NCBI GenBank assembly: GCA_951406725.2
Contig: OX597823.1
Coordinates: 46,748,001 to 46,812,000, forward strand
Direction of reading: 5' to 3'
Length of the DNA stretch: 64,000 nucleotides
Source of the DNA: Octopus vulgaris
Taxonomy: Eukaryota
Every line of letters starts with the position of its first letter. Within the stretch, counting starts at the first letter, position 1. This document shows, piece by piece, positions 16,490 to 27,874 of this stretch. Under the pieces are notes generated by a model. The model was not told where the DNA came from, did not search any database, and was given only the letters and a program-made list of their open reading frames with translations. The position numbers and the translations under genes were made by a program.

Positions 16490-16790
16490 AGGCGCGTGGC
16501 TCAGTGGTTAGGATATTCAACCCACTATCATAAGGTCGTGAGTTCAATTCTCGGAGACTCGTTGTGTCCTTGATCATGACACGTTGCTCCAGTCCACTCA
16601 GCTGACAAAAAATGTGTAGTACCTGTATTTCGAAGAGACAGTCTTGTCACGCTGAATCCCCTCGAGAAATATGTTAAGGGTACACGTGTCTGTGGAGTGC
16701 TCAGCCACATGTACGTTAATTCCGCGAACAAGTTGTTCCGTTCATCGGATCAATTGAAACCCTCAACGTAGTAACCGACGAAGTGCCTGT
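16490..16790 (+). mobile_element. tRNA-derived SINE (head type 2 + tail X)
   Basis: ggcgcgtggctcagtggttagg head; tail gtgtctgtggagtgctcagccac...cgacgaagtgc shared with 37853-38172, 31507-31891 and 41152-41539. Confidence 0.8.
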
Positions 16791-16959
16791 AGTATAGTAT
16801 AGCTAAACTAAACCAAACTAAACTAAATTAAAACAAACATAAACATATATATCAGTCCTTTGTTTCGTTCTTGAGTTTGAATCCTACCAGCTTATGTATT
16901 TGATTTATCCAGGTAGAATCAATAAATATATACTAGGTAATTCGACAATATTCCACTAA

Positions 16960-17547
16960 CTCAAAGGCGGCGAGCTGGTAGAAACGTTAGCACACCGGGC
17001 GAAATGCGTAGCCGTATTTCGTCTGCCGTTACGTTCTGAGTTCAAATTCCGCCGAGGTCGACTTTGCCTTTCATCCTATCGAGGTTGATAAATAAAGTAC
17101 TAGTTACGCACTAGGGTCGATATAATCGACTTAATCCGTTTGTCTGTCCTTGTTGTCCTCTCTGTGTTTAGCCCCTTGTGGGTAGTAAAGAAATAGGTAT
17201 TTTGTCTGTCTTTACGTTCTAGGTTCAAATTCCGCCGAGGTCGACTTTGCCTTTCATCCGTTCGGGGTCGATTAAATAAGTACCAGTTACGCACTGGGGT
17301 CGATATAATCGACTTAACTCGTTGGTCTGTCCTTGCTTGTCCTCTCTGTGTTTGGCCCCTTGTGGGTAGTAAAGAAATAGGTATTTTGTTTGTCTTTACA
17401 TTCTGGGTTCAAATTCTGCAGAGGTTGACTTTGCCTTTCATCCTTTCAGGGTCGATAAATTAAGTACCAGTTGTGTACTGGGGTCGATATAATCGACCGG
17501 CTCCTCCGCACAAAAAAATTTCGTGCCTTGTGCCTAGAGTAGAAAAG
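16960..17547 (+). mobile_element. SINE family B (Meta-domain-like) with internal triplication
   Basis: ggcggcgagctgg head; three tandem ~183-bp units containing gagttcaaattccgccgaggtcgactttgcctttcatcc; 13-bp TSD aatattccactaa at 16947-16959 and 17548-17560. Confidence 0.9.
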
Positions 17548-18204
17548 AATATTCCACTAATTCCACATCAAGAAAGACGTAAACTATTGAGACATTTGTC
17601 AAAAGTGTTTGTACAAGTAATCATTTGAAACAGCCATTAACCAAGGTGTTAATACTGTTTCGCAGTTCTCTCTTACTGTAAACTATCTCAGCACACACAG
17701 TAGAGAACTTCGCATTAAAGAAATTGATATTAAAGTCACATAGAAAACTAATCAAGGTCAAAAGTAGACAAATCTAATAAATTAGTTTGAATGAGCTTGA
17801 AATATTTTCGGTAGAATAAAAGCTTTAGTCGAAGCAAGAAGAACTGAAAACCAAAATAGTTTCAGGCACATCGTGATCTTAGAACAACGACAAAACACTG
17901 AAGTGTCAAACTTTGGATTACAATGAATCAAGCGTCTCTCAACCGACTGCTCCATTACCTCTAGCCAAGTCAAATACATATAATATAACACTAAGTAAGG
18001 CTATTCTAAGAGTAATCGGACGAGTTATATAGATTTTCCCAATTTGCATGAGTGAAAGCTGATGTTCTCCTTCTTAACCTTCAGGCCAGAGGTTTCCCGC
18101 TGATCATAAATTTCAGTGTCATAGATACATATTCTAGTGACTACTTTTGTCGTTCTGTCTGTGGCCTATCATTGTTTCTCTGCCTCTGGCTTTCAAGAGA
18201 CCTA

Positions 18205-18272
<68 letters not shown>

Positions 18273-18493
18273 GCTCTCCCTCAATCATTCCTCGTCCTCT
18301 CCAATTTCTAGCAGACTTTTTATCATTTTTATTATGTTGCTTTTTTATTGTCTCTTTATTCTTCTGCTATCACATTCATCACCTTATCTGATTCTTCATG
18401 AGGTTGACTATCTCTGTCTCGACTTTCACCCTATATTCATTGCTCCCACCTTTCCTTGTTCTCTCTCTGTTTCTCTTGTCCCATATTTCAATC

Positions 18494-18524
<31 letters not shown>

Positions 18525-19015
18525 TCAGTCTTTATTTGTCGTTTCTCTTATATAAACCGACACATAGGCACAGTAAGAGATATGCGGGCAGGAGTATATA
18601 TAGTACAGCACTAGTATCAAGAGAGAGAGGGGGAGGGAGAGTGTTAGGGAGAGAGAGGGAGAGAGAGGGAGAGAGAGATTGTAAAAGTGAGGGGAAAGAA
18701 GGCAAGATAAAAGGACCGAAAGAAGAAAGGAAGGAAAAAAGAGAGAACAAGATAGAGGGAAGGAAAGAAAGAAAGAAAGAAGGAAAGAAAGAAAGAAGGA
18801 AAGAAAGAAGGAAAGAAAGGGAAAAGGAAGTGGAGCAGATGAATTCATCTTTTGCTTCAGTGTCTGAAGATTGTGTCAATGAATAATTATCATGATGAAG
18901 TAGTTGTTGTTGTTGCTGCTGTTGTTGTTGCTTTTGTTGCAGCAACATCTGTAGCAGAAGTAATAGATGCTTTTGCAGCTGAAGTGGTGGTCGTCGCAGC
19001 TGTAGTAAGGCCACA

Positions 19016-19126
<111 letters not shown>

Positions 19127-20419
19127 CAGTAGCAGCAGCAGAATTTGAACCTGGAGATCTCCATTTCCAGCGACTTCGAGGGCCACCTCCCAGTGATGTC
19201 GGGCGTCAACGAAGAGTCATCGACTACAACAAGACGACCAAAGTTTTTTTTTTTTTCCAAGGTCTGGGGTCTCCCGCCCCTAAGCCCTATACCATCACCC
19301 TTACCCGTGTTGTTGCTTACAACAACAACAACAACAGCAACATTTACAGTTATCGCAGCAGGGGCAGTGTTTATGTCAGATGTAGGACTTGCATGTAGCG
19401 ATCTGATGACATCTACTGCCGAGACGTGAGCCAAGACCGAAGACTACGTCGTAGTAATTAGAAGTCAAAGCTCCCTCAAATCAAACCCTAAAGCTTTAGA
19501 AAACAAAAACCCACACTGGATAATGTAGTCCTGTCCATAAGAAAGATATAGAATGGTCACGGCTGGAGTGCCTTTCTTCATAGGTCAGCTCAATTGGTTT
19601 TCACAAAATCTGCCATGACTGGCAGCTAATCAACTAGATATTTGGACTGTTTATCTCTTTAAGTAGGTTTACAAATTAAAGTAATATTATGCTTCCATTC
19701 ATCTCACTCAAAAGAAGAAACAAAACACACTATATATAAAAAAAAATATATAAAAAAAACTTCTCATCTTCAATCAGCCATTTTGCTTCTTCATAGATCT
19801 TACACTTCTCATCTTTCAAAGTTATTTACAACTACGTCTTTTCCTTTTAACTTTTACCTCCTCTTTTCACAAGGTCATTTTCTTTATGTTGTAAGCCTTC
19901 TCCCATTCTTTTTCTTACTCGCATTTTTATTATTAATCTATAAAAGGAAGGTTACCCTTCATTTTAATAATTTGTTCCCGTTATTTAATTCTTTTTAGCC
20001 TCGCCACACTACACTTTGCTCTCGTCTAACAGATATATTTACATATTCCTTGAAGTAGCATAGAAGACAGACACATTTTCTGACACGCTTTGATGGTCAA
20101 GCGGAACACATGATATACTAAAAACAGGACGAAACAAATAAACAAACAGAATAATTTCTTTTCATGATAACCGGGGCGTGAAAAAAGAAAAGTTAGCTTT
20201 GTAATCAACTTTATACAAGTGACCTGTGGACACGTTGACTAACTGATTGTTCTATTCTTCCTTTTGCTTCCGCGTGAACTCTTTTCTCTCCAGCGTTGTT
20301 TGAATTTTGCTTAGTATTCTATTAGAACTGAATAGTAGCTAACGCCAAGGGCATATCTATAACTGCTTTTAAACCAAGAGCAAACGTTGTCAAGACATAA
20401 CAGATATCATTATTGCAAG

Positions 20420-20810
20420 TAAAGCGGTGAGCTTGCAGAATCGTTACCCGTCAGACAATATGTTCAGTTGCATTTCTTCCGACTCACAGCGTTCAGAGAT
20501 CAAATTCCGCGTAGGTCGACTTTGATTTCATCTTTTTCTGGGTCGATGAAATAAGTACTACTTGAGCACTAGGGTTGATGTATTCAACTTACCCCTTATT
20601 TCTTTACTACCCACAAGGGGCTAAACATAGAGAGGACAAACACGGACAAAGGGATTAAGTCGATTACATCGACCCCAGTGCGTAAATGGTACTTATTTAA
20701 TCGACCCCGAAAGGATGAAAGGCAAAGTCGACCTCGGCGGAATTTGAACTCAGAACGTACCGCTAAGTATTTCGCCCGGCGTGCTAGCGATTCTGCCAGC
20801 TCGCCGCCTT
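20420..20810. mobile_element. Nested opposite-orientation SINE family B copies
   Basis: Diverged + copy 20420-20590 interrupted by a younger - copy ~20596-20808; cttaccc on both sides. Confidence 0.75.
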
Positions 20811-21500
20811 ACCCACTCATCCCAGTGTTTCTGACTCTGTGCCTACAGAATGTAGTTAGTTACCTTTAGCTGAAGTATTTTACTGTTTACGAGTATTGAT
20901 GATGAGTGTTTTGTATTTTTTTAATTTTTAGTTCAGTTTTCAGTAAAATGTGATGCCAAGTTACTTTATTAAAGCTCAGTTCCATGTTGCTCTCACTTAA
21001 AATTGCCCCGCCCACCACAAAATTAGACATTTTACCTTCCGACCAGAGTCTATTAAAATAACCATAAGCATAAGGAATATAGAATAATTTATTCATATGC
21101 AATTTAAATTGGTGTTCTCTTTTGGCTATACGCTATTTCTGCGGTTCTCTTTTACAGGACTTCAGTAGTACTGATATTGTTGTAATAGAAATGATATTAG
21201 AAATAACAGTTATTCCCGGGATGATGCGATAAACGATTATTACGGTTTACTCAATACTCTGTGCTGCTTTTAGTTCTACCTACATATTGCTTGTTTCAGG
21301 CAGTAGATTGCGGCCAAGCTGGGACAACTTCTTGAACAATTTTAGCCGAACGAATAGATCCCATTAGATATATTTTCTGTTAAGCTTGGTATTTATTTTA
21401 CTGTCTCTTCAGCCGAACTGCTAAGTTACCGATACGTAAGCGCACCAAACACCAGTTTTAAACGGTGATGGGATACACACGCACACACACGTCGTGTGTG

Positions 21501-21537
<37 letters not shown>

Positions 21538-21749
21538 TAATAATAATAATAGTATAAATAATATATAAATATATGCATATATACATATATGTACATACCT
21601 ACATATATATGTATATATACATGCTTATATATGTACGCGACATCAAAAAACGTTGAACACAATGAGAAACGAAAACATAAAAACTAAAACATAGAAAAGT
21701 ACTTTTTTTAACGATATTCCTCTTCATCTGTTGTCTCTGTTTCATCATA

Positions 21750-21799
<50 letters not shown>

Positions 21800-22565
21800 G
21801 GCGGGTTTCTTTCAGTTTTCATCTACCAGATCCACTCACAAGGCTTTGGCAAACCTGAGGTTACAGTGGAAAATACCTGCCTAAAGTGCCACACAGTGGA
21901 ACTGAACCCGGAGGTATGTGGTTGGGAAACAAACTTCTTGCCATACAGCCATGCTGTGCCCATTTCAAGTATTCATTTGAGCGTGATTCCAATATGACAG
22001 AATCAATGTCCTTCAAGTAAAGATTTTACCATCATCGTTTACTGTTCCTGAAAACAATACATTCCAAAATAATCAAACATTAACATACAACCATGAATGT
22101 TTCGGGACGGGGCTGTAAAAAAGCAGGTTAAGTCGACAATTATTGACAGACACAGTTTCCCTTACGTACAGGACACTATTTCATTTGCTACATTATATTA
22201 CTGGTATTATTTATCGCCACCTTTCCAAAGGATGAATAGCAAAGCGAACCCAAGGGATTGGATGTGAAGACATAAAATATCTGCTGAAAAATGAAACTGT
22301 TTTCCCTCAAACAATATATATATATTATGTATAATTCTATTTCATAGCGTTACGTTCGTCCGAGAGTCGAAAGACCATTTCTGTTATTTACTTATTTGTA
22401 TTCGTATATGTATAATTTTTTTTCTTTCTATTATACAGCCGAAAGGCATTCTGTCGTATGTGTACAATTCTAGCTTTCTCGCTTTTGGCTCCGTTCCTGT
22501 TTTCGTTCTTGTACACATTCGTTTGCCTTTCCCAGAGGATTAATGCTTTTATATTAAATCCCTGG

Positions 22566-22797
22566 AGGCGGCGAGCTGGCAGAAACGTTAGCACGCCGGG
22601 CGAAATGCTTTGTGGTATTTCGTCTGTCGTTACGTTCTGAGTTCAAATTCCGCCGAGGTCGACTTTGCCTTTCATCCTTCCGGGGTCGATAAATAAAGTA
22701 CCAGTTTCGCACTGGGGTCGATGTAATCGGCTTAATCCGTTTGTCTGTCCTTGTTTCTCCCCTCTATGTTTAGCCCCTTGTGGGTAATAGATAAATA
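22566..22797 (+). mobile_element. SINE family B, young copy
   Basis: 16-bp perfect TSD tatattaaatccctgg at 22550-22565 and 22798-22813. Confidence 0.9.
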
Positions 22798-23501
22798 TAT
22801 ATTAAATCCCTGGCCCCGCCGAATTCGAATAGTATCGGAAATAAGAGGGCGAAACTTCAAAGGCATCCCAAACTTCGACTGAAGAGGTTATCGGCTGCGG
22901 ATGATCCATGTATCCTGTGTTTGTCCTGTTTGCCGTGCTGTCGTCCATTTTTCCGCATGTTGTGTTCTTTCTGTTCTACCTTGTGTGTGTGTGTGTGCGC
23001 AAGCATGGCTGTGTGGTAAGGAGCTTGCTTCCGTTTAGAGACTACGGTCGTTGTTTGGGCTTCGTGCTGAAATTATCGCTGGATTTACCGTTGGATTATA
23101 TTGTTACTACTGCCGGTATTGTTGAACTTGTTAGTATTATTTGGTGAACTGTTATGTTTCTCGGTTACGGGAAATAGAAATTGTTACAGATTTTCTGTGC
23201 CCGGTGTGGAATTGTATATATTTTTCGTTTAAAAAATTGAACTATTTAAAATTCTTTGCAGACTTATTTGTGAGATCCGCCCACAGCGGGGGCGGGAAAT
23301 GAACTGTTTTAAACTGCGTCGTACTGTTTTGAACTGTTTTTGAACTGTTGACCTCTTCTTGAGGAGAATTTAAATTATTTTATTCTTGTGTTTTCTCTGT
23401 TCTTTAGTTACTAATTTCGGCCGAGTATGTCGGTCGAAATTATCTGAGAAAAATGTACTCTCGAAGAGAGTAATGTTGATGTTGGCAGTAGTGCCAACAC
23501 T

Positions 23502-24435
23502 GTGAAGAAATTTTCGGCGATTGCCGCAGTGGCAACAGAAAATATTGATATTCCTGTAATAATGCTACAGGAATATTTCAAAAGAATAAAAAAGGAGGAC
23601 GGTGATGTGAAAATATCACCCTCCTCCAACACTGTGGATACGGAGAGGAGAACAATTGTGTTTCAAACCTACTGTACAGAAAACAGGCGCTTCAAGCACT
23701 TTGAAAAGGAGAAAATTGAAAATTGTCTTGCCCCCAATATGGAAAGACATAACTTACATTGCAAGGAGCAAGACATATGGTACGGTGGAGGTGCGTTTTG
23801 CCACAGAGGAGATGGCCTGCGGGTACTCTGTGAGCCCACTGAAAACTAAAGAGGTGGTGCTTCTGCCAACCTACACGGGGAGACGTACTTCCCGTGTAAA
23901 GGTGTCAGAAGTGCCACCAGAAGTGGATCCGAGGGAGGTAATGGAGGCCCTGTTGTTTAATCATATGCTTTGCCCCCGCCCCCAGAACTGGCTCGGGCAG
24001 AGCATCTCGGCAATCATTCAGGGGGCTCAGGAAGATATTGAAATGCTTCCAAACCGGATACTCGTGGGTGACAATGTTATATTAAAAATCCAAGTGGGGT
24101 GTAAAAGACCCACATGTTACGAATGTGGCAAAAAGGGCCACATTCGAGCAGATTGTGAGAAGCGAAAAAAGAAAATGGAGCAGAAACCAAGCCCTTCAAG
24201 TGTAAAAAACATTCCCACTCCCACCAACACACCAACCCCCACAAAGACAAAAACTCCCACGCCCGATGCTGCGGTGCCGGTCCCTAAACAAAATAATGAA
24301 AACACCCAACCCCTGCACACACAATCCCCTACAAAAACAAAATCACTCGCCCTCTTGAAACCTGAGGCACCTATTGGAAAAATGAAACTTCCCCAAACGA
24401 TACCATGGAGGTATCAGAGGGAGAGTTTACTGTAG
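23502..24435 (+). pseudogene. LINE ORF1 (gag-like), frameshifted
   Basis: Overlapping ORFs 23502-23849 and 23656-24435; GTVEVRF (RRM-like), CYECGKKGHIRADC zinc knuckle, Pro/Thr-rich tail. Confidence 0.85.
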
Positions 24436-24842
24436 TAGGAAACGTACATTGGCACCATCCACATCCACACCCCCTTCAAAGAATACAAACAAGGCACCAC
24501 AGACAATAAAAAAAGACCCCACCCAACCGTTCTTGTGGAATAAGACAAAGAAAACATTATTTTGGTAGAATTTAATACAAAAGATAAATATACTAATGAT
24601 ATTGCTGTGGCACATCACACAATAAAATTGTACCCCAACACAAAGACCTGAAAAGTAGGTGCGCCTTGATAGGGGGAACTTTATACAGAGAATTAAAGAA
24701 AAGGCATCCTGCAGCCATCTGGAAGGTTGTAGATTTACTTAAATATCTGAAGAATTAGAAGGAAGGAAGGGACTGATTTACGTGTGGTAAAGTTGGCCCC
24801 AACTTCTCCAGTGAAGGGCAAGTAGAACCTTTACTTTTAGTA

Positions 24843-25970
24843 ATGACCTTACATAACCTTGGTTGTTTGAATATGCGTGGTCTGAGTTCGAAGTGGAAGC
24901 AGTCTTGTTTCCTCGACTACCTCAGATTACATGATATACATGTGATGGTTGCTACAGAGACCAAGCTGGACACTCTACAAACTTCGCCTCTCCTGAATGT
25001 CTAAGAAAATCATGTCACCTGGCCAGACCGGAGGACGAAGGGGTGTAGTGGTACTGATCCGTAAAGGCTTGGCTCTGCAGACAAATCTATGCGGACCCTG
25101 GTCGTCCTTGATGTGACATGCAGCAGTAAGGCCTTCAGGTTGATTGGGATCTACGGACCTTGTGCTAGAGGATTACAAACTGATTTTTATCGGTGCCTAA
25201 AGAACTCTCTCGTGACGTCGAAGACATTAGTGGCATTAGGCGACTTTAACACTATCGTTGACGCACACATCGATAGTGTTGGCACGACAGGCAGGATCTG
25301 CTTAAGCGCTTCCAGCTGACAGATCGATACAGGCTTCAGCATCGGAACGTCCCAGAGTGGACCTGGATTAATGGCGACGGAAGGTTCAAGTCTTACTTAC
25401 ATAGGATAGTAATTAGAACTAGAGATAAGGTTAGTTTTAGTTGTCCACAGCTTGTTCAAGTATCTTACACTGACCATAGAATGGTTAAGTGTAGGCTGAA
25501 CATAGATAGTACAGTTAAGCGAGGATCTGGCTACTGGAAGCTGAACAAGTCTATTTTAACATGCGTGGCATAGCGTAGCCGGATTAAGGAACTAGTACAG
25601 GGGGCGTTAACCGGCGCCGTGGTTAATAACCGGTGGTGGTTCACCCTCAAAGAGCCATTCATTTTGTCTATTATGTTTAGTCATCAGCTAAGACTAGTAA
25701 GGCCAGAATAGAAGGCCAATTAGTTAAGGACTTAGAGGAGGCGTTAAGGTTGGACTCTGCATCCCACATTTTGGTAGCGAGAACGGCCTTAGACCGTCAC
25801 CTCAAAGCCAAACACGAGGGGTGCAGAGTTCGGTCTAAAGTGAGAGCATTGGGCCGTGAGGGAAATAATGTTGCCGAATGGGTCCATACGGTAGAAACCC
25901 TGCGTGGCAATGATGCCGCAATTAGGTTTCTGGTTGATGACAATGGGTGTTCGGTCGATGGACGGGACTG
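24843..25970 (+). pseudogene. LINE ORF2 apurinic-like endonuclease, disrupted
   Basis: LGCLNMRGL...ATETKL, LIGIYGP, LGDFNTI, YTDHRMV, GYWKLNKSIL; several stops and frameshifts. Confidence 0.85.
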
Positions 25971-26070
25971 TTCTTCCTCTTCATATTTTTATTTTAATTG
26001 TTATATATCCCCACATGTGTTGTAGTGTCCCTCTCTATGTAATGCCTTTATGGCAATTTAAAAGAAATAA

Positions 26071-26410
26071 AGAAGCTTCCTTTCCAATGGCATGGTTTCG
26101 GGTTCAGTCCCACTGTATGACACTATAGCCCCGGGGCCGACCAAACACTTGCAAGTGGATTTGGTAGAGGGGAAACTGAAAGAAGCCCATCGTTCGTGTG
26201 TGTGTATTCGCCACCATCACTTAACAACCAGTGTTGATTTGTTTGCATATCCGTAATTTGGCGGTTCTGCAAAAGGAGTCCGAAAGAATAAGTGCCAGGC
26301 TCAGAAAAAAAGTCTAAGTACTGGGGTTGACTTGTTCGCCTAAACACGACAAGGCGGCGCTTCTGCATGGTCGCAGTCCTACGGTTGAAACAAATAGAAG
26401 TTAAAAGTTA
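26071..26410 (+). mobile_element. SINE family A, remainder of the copy whose head lies at 23000-23032
   Basis: Resumes at gaagcttcctttcc...ggttcagtcccactg and runs to the aaaagtt tail. Confidence 0.8.
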
Positions 26411-26844
26411 TAGCCCGTGAAATCATGGACTAATTCCTATATTTTATAGTAAACGATATAATTAACACGTTATTATCATAAACCATTTAATCATTCTTTC
26501 TCATTTTGGCACTGGCCAGCAATTTTGAAGTGAGGGGCAGTTCGGTGCAATTGATCCCATGATTTGACTGGTTTTATTTTATCGTCTCTGAAAGGATGAA
26601 AGGGATAGTTGGTTGCCGCAATATTTTAACTGAAAACGCAATAATGAGACGGAAAAAATGTCGTACTATATCTTAACTCTATGATATATTGTATAACTTG
26701 TACTATATCTTAACTCCTAGAATTTTGTCTTTGATTATTTTTTAAGAAAATCAGCTGCAATGATTGGAAGAAAAATGCATTTAGAGTAGAGCAGAGAGTT
26801 CATTTGATTGTATGCAATAAAGTGAAATAACATTGTTCTTTGAC

Positions 26845-26914
<70 letters not shown>

Positions 26915-26920
<6 letters not shown>

Positions 26921-27135
26921 CAGTTAATCCAAACAAGAAAACACAGAAAAAAAACACAGCAACGCGAGGACGTGGAACAATTAAAGTATTATTTGACGCT
27001 CAATAAAGAAGGGAAGGAGGGTTTAACGTTTCAAGCGGAGCTCTTCGTCGGAAACAAGGAGAAGGAAAGATCCCGAGAAGGGAAGACAGAGGGAAAAAAA
27101 TATTTTTGCTGGTGGTGCTCAAGAGATCACATGTT
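26915..27135 (-). mobile_element. Probable Penelope-type terminal repeat fragment with minimal hammerhead-like motif
   Basis: Minus strand gttt-ccgacga-a-gagc-tcc-gctt-gaaa-cgtt-aaac at 27021-27055. Confidence 0.5.
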
Positions 27136-27162
27136 GATATATATATATATTATATATAGAGA

Positions 27163-27198
<36 letters not shown>

Positions 27199-27874
27199 TG
27201 TATGTATGTATGTATGTATGTATGTATATTCTTTTTGTTCGACATTAGGCTTAGAAACCTTCATTACGACTTTAACTTCGTGAACACTGTATTGTCAGTA
27301 AACAGCTTATGTAACTGGAATATCGGCAAATGCTGTAATGTTTAAATAAGGACGCATGAATATTATTTAGTGATCTGTGATTTCATTGGCTGAATCTCAC
27401 CAGCTATGTGCTTCTGCTACAAATAAATCTATATCTGTGGAAGTAATAAGTATGTACATATGTATTTATTATTAGTGTTAGCGAACAGAACTTCATTTCT
27501 TCATTTTTCTTTGCTATCTATCACATAAGACCAGAGGCAATGTGTAAGTTTCATAAATTTTATCTATCGAAATATTATTAATCTTGAACTTGGTAACATA
27601 GCTGCGAGTCAAAAAGACTTCAGAAAAGAGTTACAACATGGTATGACATATCTAACTATATATGTTCTAAAAACATACTGCAGATGCATAGCTTTTTTTT
27701 TTTCTACTTATAGTATACTAAGTACGTACATATTTAAACTGTATACAATTACTTTTCTTAAAGAGGCGGCGGTTTTGGGAAAGATTATGCTTCTTTGAAC
27801 GAAATCTATCGGGTAGACGGTTTATAAGATATTCTGCTTTTTATTATTGTCTTTATGATTATCATTAAGTTCAA

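Larger units (their letters stand above)
23033..26070 (+). mobile_element. L1/Tx1-clade LINE, 5' end present, RT domain deleted
   Basis: ORF1 with CCHC knuckle; ORF2 APE endonuclease motifs; abrupt jump at ~25970 to a T-rich 3'UTR ending aaaagaaataaa; flanked by the two halves of a family A SINE. Confidence 0.85.

Noticed and set aside
17100-17294. Recurrent ORF MRNWYLFNRP...ERQSRPRRNLN (also 20678, 29840, 32010, 39457)
   Set aside because: Antisense reading of SINE family B, not a gene family
17782-17875. Signal-peptide-like MCLKLFWFSVLLASTKAFILP on the minus strand
   Set aside because: Stop after ~29 codons and no clear splice donor; compatible with chance in AT-rich DNA
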